From NCBI GenBank assembly GCA_001774105.1, contig MEYT01000005.1:3826-42592 (forward strand): DNA of 38,767 nt, in the 5' to 3' direction. Of this stretch, positions 23,345 through 32,050 are shown piece by piece (the stretch's first letter is position 1; each line of letters starts with the position of its first letter). The DNA comes from Candidatus Azambacteria bacterium RIFCSPLOWO2_01_FULL_46_26 (lineage in GTDB: Bacteria > Patescibacteriota > Minisyncoccia > UBA9936). The notes beneath the pieces are model-generated. The model was not told the DNA's origin, searched no databases, and saw nothing but the letters and a program-made list of their open reading frames with translations. A program made the position numbers and the translations under genes.

Positions 23345-24601
23345 TTACAACGAAATATATCCTTTCTCAAAATTTTCCACGATTAACCGTTCCATTTCCT
23401 GCTCGCCGACGAAATCGCCGAAAATTTTGTTCCAAAGCGCTTCCTGATGGTGATAAAGATATTTTATCAATTCACGCTGTTTCACCAGCGACATCGTGGT
23501 ATCGATGAGATTAAAACTGATCAAAATATCGTCGCCTCCTTCGGTTTTGAAAAAATCGCCGACGAAATCCAACTCCTCCCAAAATTCAAGCCCCAGATTT
23601 GGAAAACGGCGCGACAGCCGGGCAATGTCGTTTTCCGCTTTTTTCCAGTGTATCGCTTCGGGATTGACATGCGGCTGAAAAAGACGAAAATCGTACTCGT
23701 CGTCCTTGGCCAGATACCGCTGAACTATCCGCCAGGAAACTTTTTCGCCGTTCTCAAGCGGCGTTTCCAAAACGTCGCCCCGCAAAGAAGAAATCAGGCG
23801 CCGCGCGAAATTCTTTTCTTCAACCGCGAATTTCTGAAAAAGACGGGAATAAAAATTAATTTCATGAAGATAATGAAGCACCAGGCCGAAAAGACGTATC
23901 GTCTCGCCGTCCTCGGTCGCCGGTATCGGAACGATAAAAATGACGCCCAATTCTTTCAAATGGCTGACGTTGTGGTATTTTTTTTTCAAAAACGCTTCGG
24001 CAACCTCCAGCCATTTTCCGTTCAAAACGCGAACTTCTATTTTTCTCGCCTCAAAATCGGAAGACGTGAGATTTTCGTAGGCCGCAAAAAAAGTATTGTT
24101 CAGCCACGTTCCGTCTTCGACAAAGCGCAGAGCGGAAAACACCTCAAGCAAGTCCTCTTTGGTCAATAATTCATCGACGTCCTTGTAACCGAAAAATTTC
24201 ATCATGTTCGGCGGCGGATTCAGATGAAGAAATTCCGCGGCTTTTTCTTTTTTCAGGAAGAATCCCGGCCCCACGTTCGCCAGCTCCTGAGCGAAATTCA
24301 GAAGCGTTTTGCATCCTTCAAAATTGACGCAACGCGGACGCTTGAAAAGTTCGGAAATCTTTTCCTCGTCGGTTTTCACTTTGCGAATCAAAGCGCGATG
24401 CACTTCTATGGCCGGCGGCGTCAGCGGCAGTTTAAGCGCGTCCAATTTTTCGGCCACTCGCTTGTCGTTTTCAAGCACGATTTTCTCCGGGACGTCATGC
24501 TTGTTAAATAAATCGCACATTCTTTCGCAGATTGCCGCCACGGTCCGCTTGTCGGCCCTTAAAATACTTGCCAATTTGTGAAGCGCGATGGGGTAAGGCA
24601 T
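23345..24601 (-). CDS. Conserved-looking hypothetical protein, 418 aa, no recognisable domain
   Basis: Long intact ORF placed 1 nt after the PfkB stop and 18 nt before the aldolase start. The composition looks soluble. There is a possible N-terminal HTH-like segment (LASILRADKRTVAAICERM). Confidence 0.8.
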   Translation of the reverse strand: MPYPIALHKLASILRADKRTVAAICERMCDLFNKHDVPEKIVLENDKRVAEKLDALKLPLTPPAIEVHRALIRKVKTDEEKISELFKRPRCVNFEGCKTLLNFAQELANVGPGFFLKKEKAAEFLHLNPPPNMMKFFGYKDVDELLTKEDLLEVFSALRFVEDGTWLNNTFFAAYENLTSSDFEARKIEVRVLNGKWLEVAEAFLKKKYHNVSHLKELGVIFIVPIPATEDGETIRLFGLVLHYLHEINFYSRLFQKFAVEEKNFARRLISSLRGDVLETPLENGEKVSWRIVQRYLAKDDEYDFRLFQPHVNPEAIHWKKAENDIARLSRRFPNLGLEFWEELDFVGDFFKTEGGDDILISFNLIDTTMSLVKQRELIKYLYHHQEALWNKIFGDFVGEQEMERLIVENFEKGYISL

Positions 24602-24602
24602 A

Positions 24603-25592
24603 TTATTTTATGGGAATTTTTTCCATTTTTAATTTTTTGAATCTTTTTCTGAATTGAACTTTGGTTAAAATCCCCGGTTGGGCGCCGATGTGTTCAACGA
24701 CCGAAGTTCCGTTGGCCGAACCCAAAGAAATCGCGTATTCAACGTCGCCGGTTTGAATCAGGCCGCTGACGAATCCGGAACCGAAAGCATCGCCGGCTCC
24801 GGTACGGTCAACAACCTTTTTTTCCTTGTAAGTGCCGGCGCGGTAAATACGCTTGCCGTCCGAAACTATGGCCCCTTTGGGTCCCTCGGTCATCACGACA
24901 ATGCCGTTAATCACTTTGTCCAGGGCCGCGAAAATTTTCTTTTCTTCTTTATAATCAATTCCCGTCAGTTTCGCCCCCTCTTCGCGGTTAAGAATCAAAA
25001 CGTCGATTTTATTCAAAATATCCGCGGTTTTTTTGAGGCCAAGCTTAATGAATGTTGAGTGCGGATTCATCGCGATTTTGGCTTTTTGCCGGCGGGCGGA
25101 ATCGACGAACAGCTTGATTAATTTGACGTTGTCGCCCGCCATCGGAGCCAGATAAAACCATTTCGCCTTAAGCTTTTGCCATGGAATTTTGTTTTTTTCC
25201 AGATGTTCGCTCGCTCCGCGATGAACCAGAATCGTCCGCTCGCCGCTTGGGGTGATTAAAATAACGGAAAAAGCGGTCGGTAATTCTTTGTCTACCTGTA
25301 AAAAATTTCTTGCCGCTTTTTCTTCGTCTAAAGTTCTCATCACTCCCTCGCCAGCAAGGTCTTTGCCTATTTTAGCGAGACAGCCGGCTTTCAGCCCCTG
25401 GCGGGCAAAAGTAACCGCCGCGTTTGCCGCCCCGCCGCCGGTCGTAAAAATGATAAAAGGCACTTCAATTTTTGACCCCAAAGCGAAACACTCGGCCTGA
25501 CCGGTAACGAATCTGGAACTTCGTATGACTTTAAAATCCGGGCTTTGCAAAAAACAATCGCGAGTCGCCGTTCCGATTGTGATGACATCCAT
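24603..25592 (-). CDS. PfkB/ribokinase-family carbohydrate kinase
   Basis: N-terminal GGGAANAAVTFARQG and C-terminal DRTGAGDAFGSGFVSGL signatures. Confidence 0.88.
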   Translation of the reverse strand: MDVITIGTATRDCFLQSPDFKVIRSSRFVTGQAECFALGSKIEVPFIIFTTGGGAANAAVTFARQGLKAGCLAKIGKDLAGEGVMRTLDEEKAARNFLQVDKELPTAFSVILITPSGERTILVHRGASEHLEKNKIPWQKLKAKWFYLAPMAGDNVKLIKLFVDSARRQKAKIAMNPHSTFIKLGLKKTADILNKIDVLILNREEGAKLTGIDYKEEKKIFAALDKVINGIVVMTEGPKGAIVSDGKRIYRAGTYKEKKVVDRTGAGDAFGSGFVSGLIQTGDVEYAISLGSANGTSVVEHIGAQPGILTKVQFRKRFKKLKMEKIPIK

Positions 25593-25595
25593 AGT

Positions 25596-26603
25596 TTACG
25601 CCTTTCTCTTTATAACTTTTTTCACCGCTTCTTTGATGTGAGAAACGCCCATACCGTAGTGTTCAAGAAGTTCGTTTGGCTCGCCCGATTGACCAAATTG
25701 ATCGCGTACGCCGATGAATTCCATGGGAACGGGATAATTCTGCGCGAGCGCCTCGGCCACGGCCGAGCCCATGCCGCCCAAAACCTGATGCTCTTCAACC
25801 GTAACCACCGCGCCGGCCTTTCTCGCGACCTCAACAATCGTTTTTTCGTCAAGAGGCTTTATCGTGTGATTATTTAGCACGTAAAGATTCATGCCCTCGT
25901 TCTCCAGTTCGTTCGCGGCAAGAAGCGCGTTGTGGACAAGCGGACCGCAGGCGATAATCGCGACGTCAATTTTATTTTCTTCTTTTGGCGTAAAAAGAAT
26001 TTCCGCCTTCCCGATTTCAAAATTACTTTCCGCCGCGGTTACCATCGGAGTTTTTTCTCGATGAAAACGCAAAAATACCGGAAGCGGATGTTTCGCGGCG
26101 GCAATGGTCGCTTTTTTTGCTTCGTGATAATCGCACGGATTGACGACGACTACTTTCGGAATCACCCTCGTAATCGCCATGTCTTCGATCGCTTGATGCG
26201 TTCCGCCGTCCGGACCCACGGAAATTCCGGAGTGCATCATGCCAATTACGACTTTTCGTTCGTTGTACGCGACGGTTGTCCGGAGTTGTTCCCAATTTCT
26301 CCCCGGAGAAAACATTCCGTAGGAAGCTATGAACGGAATCTTTCCGGACGCGGCAAGACCCGAAGCAACGGCAGCCATATTCTGCTCGGCAACCCCAATC
26401 TCAATAAACCGCTCGGGAAATTTATTTTTGAACAGATGAATTTGCGTGCTCTCGGTTAAATCCGCGCAAAGAGCGACGATATTTTTATCCTCTTCTCCGG
26501 CGATTACCAATCCTTCGCCAAACCCGAGCCGTGTCGTTTTTTGTTCAACTTTCGATTTGTCCAGCACGTTTTCCGCGAATTTTATTTTAGGATTAAGTGG
26601 CAT
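25596..26603 (-). CDS. Transketolase, C-terminal (pyrimidine-binding plus C-terminal domain) subunit
   Basis: FIEIGVAEQNMAAVASGLA, GGTHQAIEDMA and other motifs; 335 aa. It lies 5 nt after the N-terminal subunit gene. Confidence 0.92.
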   Translation of the reverse strand: MPLNPKIKFAENVLDKSKVEQKTTRLGFGEGLVIAGEEDKNIVALCADLTESTQIHLFKNKFPERFIEIGVAEQNMAAVASGLAASGKIPFIASYGMFSPGRNWEQLRTTVAYNERKVVIGMMHSGISVGPDGGTHQAIEDMAITRVIPKVVVVNPCDYHEAKKATIAAAKHPLPVFLRFHREKTPMVTAAESNFEIGKAEILFTPKEENKIDVAIIACGPLVHNALLAANELENEGMNLYVLNNHTIKPLDEKTIVEVARKAGAVVTVEEHQVLGGMGSAVAEALAQNYPVPMEFIGVRDQFGQSGEPNELLEHYGMGVSHIKEAVKKVIKRKA

Positions 26604-26608
26604 AGTAA

Positions 26609-27499
26609 TTATTGATGTTCGCTTTTAATCTTTCCGCCCAAAGTTCGCAACTGAGCCAACGCGACCTTTACTTGTTCGGCTTTCGGCGGCGAATCTTTTA
26701 CGTCGCCGATTCCCGGAGGAATGCCGTGCCATCTGTAATCAAACTCCATAAAATCAATGCCCTTTCCGGGGATAGTGTGCGCGAGAATTAAAACCGGCTT
26801 TTCATAAATTGCTTTTGCCTCCTCAACCGCGCCAACGATTTCTTCAAAATTATGGCCGTCAACGTCTATCACGTGCCAGTTGAACGCTTCATATTTTTCT
26901 CTAAGAGGTTCGAGCGGCATGATGTCTTCCGTAAATCCATCTATTTGAATATTATTGCGATCCATCACCGCGGTGAGATTATTCAGCTTGTGTTTCCCCG
27001 CCCACATCGCCGCCTCCCAAATATTTCCCGTCTGCTGCTCCGCGTCCGACATAAGACAATAAATATTGTATTTTTTCTTATCCATAAGCGCCGCGTACGC
27101 CATGCCGGCCGCTTGCGATAGGCCCGAGCCGAGAGGTCCTGAACTTGTTTCCAAACCCGGAAGCCACGGCCGATGAGGATGACCCTGCAAGCGAGAACCT
27201 AATTTTCGCAATGTCTTCAATTCTTCAACCGGAAAATATCCGGCTCTGGCCATGGCCGCGTAGAGCACGGGGCAAATATGGCCGTTTGAAAGCACGAGAC
27301 GATCGCGATCCGGCCAGCCCAGATTTTTCGGGTCATGATTCAAAATGTGAAAATAAAAAGCGGTGAACACGTCGGCCATTCCCAAGGGCCCGGCCGAATG
27401 TCCGGATTTCGCCTCATAAAGCATCTCAATAATATCCTGCCGGATTTGATTCGCCGTTTCTTCCAAAAATTTAATTTTTTCATCATGCAAATGAGCCAT
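26609..27499 (-). CDS. Transketolase, N-terminal (thiamine diphosphate-binding) subunit
   Basis: SGHSAGPLGMADV, SNGHICPVLYA, LGSGLSQAAGMA and NLTAVMDRNNIQIDG; 296 aa. Confidence 0.92.
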   Translation of the reverse strand: MAHLHDEKIKFLEETANQIRQDIIEMLYEAKSGHSAGPLGMADVFTAFYFHILNHDPKNLGWPDRDRLVLSNGHICPVLYAAMARAGYFPVEELKTLRKLGSRLQGHPHRPWLPGLETSSGPLGSGLSQAAGMAYAALMDKKKYNIYCLMSDAEQQTGNIWEAAMWAGKHKLNNLTAVMDRNNIQIDGFTEDIMPLEPLREKYEAFNWHVIDVDGHNFEEIVGAVEEAKAIYEKPVLILAHTIPGKGIDFMEFDYRWHGIPPGIGDVKDSPPKAEQVKVALAQLRTLGGKIKSEHQ

Positions 27500-27554
27500 A
27501 AATTTTAAATCAATAACAAAGAGTAATTCTTTGCCGTTAGTTATTGGTTATTTG

Positions 27555-27926
27555 TTATTTCAGTATTTCCTTGATTTTATCAACGATCTGCTGGGGCGTC
27601 CAATTCGCTTTCACGAAATAATACTCGATCCCGAGCGCCATCCCTTTTTTCACGTCGTAGTCGTCGCCCAAATTCGACAAAATAACGACCTTTAATTTTT
27701 TCGTCTCTTCCGCGGCTCTCAGCTTTTCCAAAACCGCGAAACCGGAAAGCCCGGGAAGCAAAATGTCCAGAATAATCAAATCCGGCTTCAATTCAAAAAT
27801 CTTTTTCAGCCCCTCATAGCCGTCCGGCGCCGAAACGGCGAAAAAATTATTTTGGACGAGAATCTTCTCAAGGACCTGGCGGTGATATTGCTCATCCTCA
27901 ATGATTAAAATTGTTTTTTTATCCAT
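27555..27926 (-). CDS. Stand-alone response-regulator receiver (CheY-like, no output domain)
   Basis: A 123-aa protein with ILIIEDE, PDLIILDILLPGLSG (phospho-acceptor Asp), VVILSN and a K in the KANWTP region. Confidence 0.9.
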   Translation of the reverse strand: MDKKTILIIEDEQYHRQVLEKILVQNNFFAVSAPDGYEGLKKIFELKPDLIILDILLPGLSGFAVLEKLRAAEETKKLKVVILSNLGDDYDVKKGMALGIEYYFVKANWTPQQIVDKIKEILK

Positions 27927-27977
27927 ATTTCTAAAATCAAATTATGAAACGACCTTTCCGGCTTATAATTTAAAAAT

Positions 27978-29891
27978 TTATAATTTTATCGGGAGCGAAA
28001 AATAAAAAGTTGTGCCGACACCCGTCTTGCTTTCAAACCAAATCGCTCCGCCCTGAGCTTCAACCGCTTTCTTCGCGATGTAAACGCCGAGGCCGGTGCC
28101 ATCCGGCTCCATCTGAATCGCTTCCTGTGTGCGGGCGAATCTCTCAAAAATTTCCTTTTGGAAACTTTCCGGAATGCCGATGCCGTTATCCTTAATCGCG
28201 ACCGTCACACGGCCTTTCGCCGCGTCTTCGTTGACGCTGACGACGATTTTTCCGCCCGGCTTCGTGTATCTTATGGCGTTCGTAAGCAAATTCAGAAACG
28301 TGTGCTTGGTCAACTCCTGGTCAACGCGGATTCGCGGCAACGCCGCCGGTTTTTCAAAAATTAATTCATGGCGCCTTTTTTGAATCTGCGGCGCCAGTTC
28401 ATCGATTATTTGTTGCAAAAAAGACAAAAGTTCGGTTTCTTTTAAATTCAGCTCCAAACGCCCGCCCTCAAGACGGCTGGTGCTCAATAAATCCCTGACC
28501 AAAGCGATCAGCCGTTCGTTTGATTCGCGAATCCCCATAATCAATTCCTTTTGTTCTTCGGTAAGCGAGCCGGCATAGCCGCCCAAAATCAGATCGCTAA
28601 GCCACTTCATTGAAGTCAAAGGAGTGCGAAGCTGGTGAGAAGCGATGGAAATGAACTCGCCTTTGGTCTTCTCAATGCCGACCAATTCCAACTGGCTGAT
28701 TACTTCCGAAGTAAGCTCATGGCTGACTCTGTCCCGATAACGATGCACCCGAAGCAGCATTTCTTTTTCCAACAATTTCTGCGTCATTGTCTGAAAAGAA
28801 TCGGCCAGCTCTCCGATCTCGTCTTTTGTCCTGACTTTCACCTTCTGAGACAAATCTCCGGCCGCGATTCTTTTTGTCACCTCCGACAACAGGTTCACCG
28901 GCTTCACAATTCCCCGAATCAGGAAAAAAACGAACGACGTCACGACGACCAGAAGCAATAGTGACGAAAAGAGCACTTGGATTCCTATGTTTGAAAGTCC
29001 GGCGAAAGCCGTGTCGTTGTCAATTTCCGCCAAAAGCGTCCAGCCGTTGGCGAGACATTTTGAAGCGCCGATGACCGACATTCCTCTCCAGCCCGCATAA
29101 TAAACGTCGCTCATCTCCTCTCCGCTCTTGCATTTCATTACCGGCTCGGAATCAACTATTTGCTTGAGAACGCCATTTTTTAAAGTCCCTACTTTGCTGA
29201 TTAAAAGACCGTCTTTGTTCACCAGATAAATATCGGTGTCCGTTTTCTCGTCTCTTTCAAGCGGCCGCGGCGAACCGTTCAGGATAATCGTCAATTCGTC
29301 GCCGTCAATGTAATTAATGATAAATCCCAGCTTTTCGCCCGTCTCTTTTTCCGTCAATGGCGCCAAAACGGCAAAATGGGGAACGTCTTTATTAAAATGA
29401 TGAGAAAACATCACGTCGCCCGCGTAACTCTGACCGTAAGCCAGCTGCTTTGCTTCAACAAAATAATCGTCTTTTGATTCGTCCCTGCCCAGCTCGCTCT
29501 CCATGGTGGAAGCGATAATTCGGCCGTTCAAATCGGTGACATTAATGCCAAAAATCGTCGGGTCAAGAGACATTTTATTCTTATTAAGATGTCTGTTTAA
29601 ATCGCCCGCAACCCCGCCGTTCTCGCCGGCGACGATTTTCGCGGCGCTGTCGCGGATGAAGCCGTCGGATGAAAAATCAACGACTCTTTTTCCGGATTGC
29701 GAAATAAAATCTAAAAGCGAACCCTCTTTTGCCTCGGCAATTTGTCTCACATCGCTCTTAATTCTTTCGGTCAGATTCTCTTTGGCCGTCCGGTAACTTA
29801 AATAACTTGAAATGCTAACCGACACCGCGAACACCGCCAAAAAACTGAAAAAAAGCTTGAACCATAAACTGCTTGTAAATTTCTTGGACAT
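27978..29891 (-). CDS. Sensor histidine kinase: TM - Cache-like extracytoplasmic domain - TM - HAMP - HisKA - HATPase_c
   Basis: Two TM helices flank a domain of about 270 aa containing Cache-like strands (GINVTDLNGRIIAST, IYLVNKDGLLISK). HAMP region (VKPVNLLSEVTKRIAAGDLSQKV...DEIGELADSF), H-box (SIASHQLRTPLTSM), N-box (LLTNAIRYT) and G-boxes (DNGIGIP, GTGLGVYIAKK). Confidence 0.9.
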   Translation of the reverse strand: MSKKFTSSLWFKLFFSFLAVFAVSVSISSYLSYRTAKENLTERIKSDVRQIAEAKEGSLLDFISQSGKRVVDFSSDGFIRDSAAKIVAGENGGVAGDLNRHLNKNKMSLDPTIFGINVTDLNGRIIASTMESELGRDESKDDYFVEAKQLAYGQSYAGDVMFSHHFNKDVPHFAVLAPLTEKETGEKLGFIINYIDGDELTIILNGSPRPLERDEKTDTDIYLVNKDGLLISKVGTLKNGVLKQIVDSEPVMKCKSGEEMSDVYYAGWRGMSVIGASKCLANGWTLLAEIDNDTAFAGLSNIGIQVLFSSLLLLVVVTSFVFFLIRGIVKPVNLLSEVTKRIAAGDLSQKVKVRTKDEIGELADSFQTMTQKLLEKEMLLRVHRYRDRVSHELTSEVISQLELVGIEKTKGEFISIASHQLRTPLTSMKWLSDLILGGYAGSLTEEQKELIMGIRESNERLIALVRDLLSTSRLEGGRLELNLKETELLSFLQQIIDELAPQIQKRRHELIFEKPAALPRIRVDQELTKHTFLNLLTNAIRYTKPGGKIVVSVNEDAAKGRVTVAIKDNGIGIPESFQKEIFERFARTQEAIQMEPDGTGLGVYIAKKAVEAQGGAIWFESKTGVGTTFYFSLPIKL

Positions 29892-29917
29892 GCTTGTTTA
29901 AAGGCAAAAACGCTTTT

Positions 29918-30691
29918 TTACTTTAAGTATAATCCGTAGTTCAGATTTTTGCAGATTTCAATGTACTTTTTAACCTCCGGCTCGGACTTAATGATTGAAC
30001 CGTGCTGGGAAGCGATCATTTCTATGCTCATCCTGTCCAATTTTTTTAAAGTGTACAGCACGGCTTCTTTTGAAGGCATATACGACTCCATCAATTCGGA
30101 AAGACGCGAGGGATAATTTTCATCGGCAAAAAGCCGCCATTCCGCCGGTTCTTCAAGAGAGCCGAAAACGTCGCTTGAAAACAAGATTTTGCTCTTCTCG
30201 TCGTAAGTCATAATCACCCCGGGAGTGTGCAAATAAGGCGCGTCAACAAACCTCAATATCCGGCCGCTTTTTAAAGTCAATAAATTGCTGTTCGCGTCGC
30301 TCAGGTAATAAGGCGATTTTATGTCATAATGAATGATGAAATAGTAAGCCGGTCTGGCGCAGATGACTTTCAAATCCGGCCGGCCGATCATGTCAATGTA
30401 AAGCGGTATGGCGCCGCAAATGTCCGGATCCTCGTGCTGAAGGATGATGTGGGAAATCTGCTCCGGTTTTACCAAAGAAAAAATTTTTCTGGCGACCACC
30501 GGAAAATGCGGGACAGAACCCGGGTCAATCAGAATCGCCTCTTCTCCATCAATAATCAGATACGGATTGCACTGCAATTTCGTCTTTTCGTCATGGAATC
30601 CGACCCAATAGATTCCGTCGTGGATTTCAATTGGTTCGTTGAGTTCTCTTAAATTTGAGCTGTCGTTAACCATAATACTTAATTTTACCAC
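29918..30691 (-). CDS. Single-domain metallo-beta-lactamase-fold protein resembling the di-iron core of flavodiiron proteins (ODP-like)
   Basis: A 257-aa protein with IYWVG..., NPYLIIDGEEAILIDPG, ILQHEDPDICGAIP, YLHTPGVIMTYD, LFSSDVFG and ASQHG. These are collinear with the FDP N-terminal domain motifs, and no flavodoxin domain follows. The start could be 30691 or 30673. Confidence 0.78.
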   Translation of the reverse strand: MVKLSIMVNDSSNLRELNEPIEIHDGIYWVGFHDEKTKLQCNPYLIIDGEEAILIDPGSVPHFPVVARKIFSLVKPEQISHIILQHEDPDICGAIPLYIDMIGRPDLKVICARPAYYFIIHYDIKSPYYLSDANSNLLTLKSGRILRFVDAPYLHTPGVIMTYDEKSKILFSSDVFGSLEEPAEWRLFADENYPSRLSELMESYMPSKEAVLYTLKKLDRMSIEMIASQHGSIIKSEPEVKKYIEICKNLNYGLYLK

Positions 30692-30752
30692 GACGCGATA
30701 ATCGCGACAAGGCGAAGAGCAAGACAGTTATCCACACCCGCGAAATACGGTG

Positions 30753-30761
30753 TGCTATAAT
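30753..30761 (+). promoter_or_regulatory. Extended -10 promoter (TGcTATAAT) giving an essentially leaderless mRNA for the 30770 gene
   Basis: TGC at 30753..30755 and TATAAT at 30756..30761. The ATG at 30770 is only 9 nt from the end of the hexamer, and no Shine-Dalgarno sequence is possible. Confidence 0.45.
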
Positions 30762-30769
30762 GAGAACGC

Positions 30770-31426
30770 ATGCTGAAAAATTCTCAAGCCCGGGAAAAAA
30801 CACGGAAAATCATCGTCTTTTTAAGCGTTTTCGCGGTTTTGACCGGCATTTTTTATTACTTTCTTTTTCTCGGCGACGTCTTTGCCGCGGTTGTCTTTGT
30901 GTTCGTCAATCCTTTTCTCCTGTTTTTGCCGCGGCTGATTTATCGCCTTAATTTCGTCAAAATTCGGTACAACGAGAATCTTCTGATAAATCTGGAAATC
31001 GCGGCGATAATAATTTTTATCTTTAACGGCGCGGGCACGCTTTATTTTTACGACGTTTCATTGTTTGAATACGACAGCTTCGTCCATTTTCTTGACCATA
31101 TTTTATTCGTCCCGATTGCCGCCTGGTTCTATTTGACGCTTAAAGAATCATTCGCGGGAAAACAAAACGAACGAATGAAGTTTGACGCCATAATCATCGG
31201 CGGCCTCCTCGCGATAATGGCCGGCATATTCTGGGAAATACTGCAAAACACCGCGGATAACGTCTTCGGCACGACGATGTTTTTCGACCCCGATCAGGCG
31301 ATAGATCTTGACGTAAAGACGGATATCGCTTCGGACTTGCTCGGCGCTCTCGTCGGAACGATTATCTTGTATTTCCAAAAGGAAAAATGGCTTGCCGAAA
31401 TAAAAAAACTTCCGGAGAACTTATAA
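30770..31426 (+). CDS. Polytopic membrane protein, unknown function (weak VanZ-like resemblance)
   Basis: A 218-aa protein with 5-6 hydrophobic helices. The motifs DSFVHFLDHILF and WEILQ...D.ASDLLGALVG are loosely reminiscent of VanZ-type proteins. Confidence 0.65.
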   Translation: MLKNSQAREKTRKIIVFLSVFAVLTGIFYYFLFLGDVFAAVVFVFVNPFLLFLPRLIYRLNFVKIRYNENLLINLEIAAIIIFIFNGAGTLYFYDVSLFEYDSFVHFLDHILFVPIAAWFYLTLKESFAGKQNERMKFDAIIIGGLLAIMAGIFWEILQNTADNVFGTTMFFDPDQAIDLDVKTDIASDLLGALVGTIILYFQKEKWLAEIKKLPENL

Positions 31427-31438
31427 TTGAACCGCTGA

Positions 31439-31467
31439 TTGACAGCGTCTTAATTTTCTGTTATAAT
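31439..31467 (+). promoter_or_regulatory. Perfect consensus sigma-70 promoter
   Basis: TTGACA (31439..31444), an exact 17-nt spacer, then TATAAT (31462..31467). A leader of about 55 nt ends in AAAGGAGG (about 31514..31521), about 7 nt before ATG 31529. Confidence 0.65.
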
Positions 31468-31528
31468 GAGAATAATCTAAAGTAGCATCGCTGTTTAACA
31501 AAATAATTTAACGAAAGGAGGAATTCCG

Positions 31529-31894
31529 ATGAATACGGGAAATCCTAAAATAATCAGCTTGGATATGACGGCCTGCTGCGCTCTCAGGGAGGGCTTTGAG
31601 AAAAATCAGAACATTATGCTGTATCTAAACCACGAGTTTGACCCGGCCCGCGTTATTTTTTATCAAAATACTCTCTCAAAATTTGATATCGGCATTCAGC
31701 TCGCGGGCAACGACGAAACGGCCGAAATATTTTCAATCGTCGCGGAAGCCGAAAAGAAGCGGTTATTGAAAAAACTCGCTGAAAACAACAAGTTCAAACC
31801 GGAATGCGGCTTGTGTTCCGCTCACCAGCATCTCAAAGCGCTCGATAGAACCCTCGAAATGCTCGGTTCACTGGCTCCGGTCGGCCATGCTTAA
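31529..31894 (+). CDS. Small soluble Cys/His-containing protein, unknown function
   Basis: A 121-aa ORF behind a consensus promoter and a strong SD. It has Cys pairs (TACCAL and PECGLCSAHQH) and is followed by an intrinsic terminator. Confidence 0.72.
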   Translation: MNTGNPKIISLDMTACCALREGFEKNQNIMLYLNHEFDPARVIFYQNTLSKFDIGIQLAGNDETAEIFSIVAEAEKKRLLKKLAENNKFKPECGLCSAHQHLKALDRTLEMLGSLAPVGHA

Positions 31895-31971
31895 TCTCCC
31901 TCCGGCGTTCTCTAAAAACTTCAATTCCGCCAGAGCTAAGCTCATCTTTGCCAAAAGCGCGTTTTCAAATT

Positions 31972-32006
31972 AAAAACCTCGCTCCAACATAAGGGCGAGG
32001 TTTTTG
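31972..32006. terminator. Bidirectional intrinsic terminator between the 121-aa gene (+) and dedA-like gene (-)
   Basis: AACCTCGC (31975..31982) pairs with GCGAGGTT (31995..32002). AAAAA lies upstream and TTTTT downstream. Confidence 0.7.
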
Positions 32007-32050
32007 CGTCTCTATTATTTATAAAGACGCAATTTCATAAATCGTTAATG

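Noticed and set aside
23447-24169. Long antisense ORFs inside well-supported minus-strand genes: 23447..24169 (240 aa), 36597..37253 (218 aa), 38104..38712 (202 aa), 21231..21770 (179 aa), 25932..26459 (175 aa), 15301..15768 (155 aa), 8136..8564 (142 aa).
   Set aside because: Their translations are low-complexity and Arg/Phe/Lys-rich, with no motifs. They lie exactly opposite genes with strong family signatures (murC, metK, the decarboxylase, transketolase, fmt). Stop-poor antisense frames are an expected by-product of the codon bias of the real genes.
27517-27533. Short hairpin CAAAGA-GTAAT-TCTTTG between the receiver gene and transketolase, considered as a terminator or attenuator.
   Set aside because: The stem is only 6 bp and A/T-rich. 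It is plausible as a weak terminator but too weak to call as a feature, so it is mentioned only in the context of the sensor-module finding.
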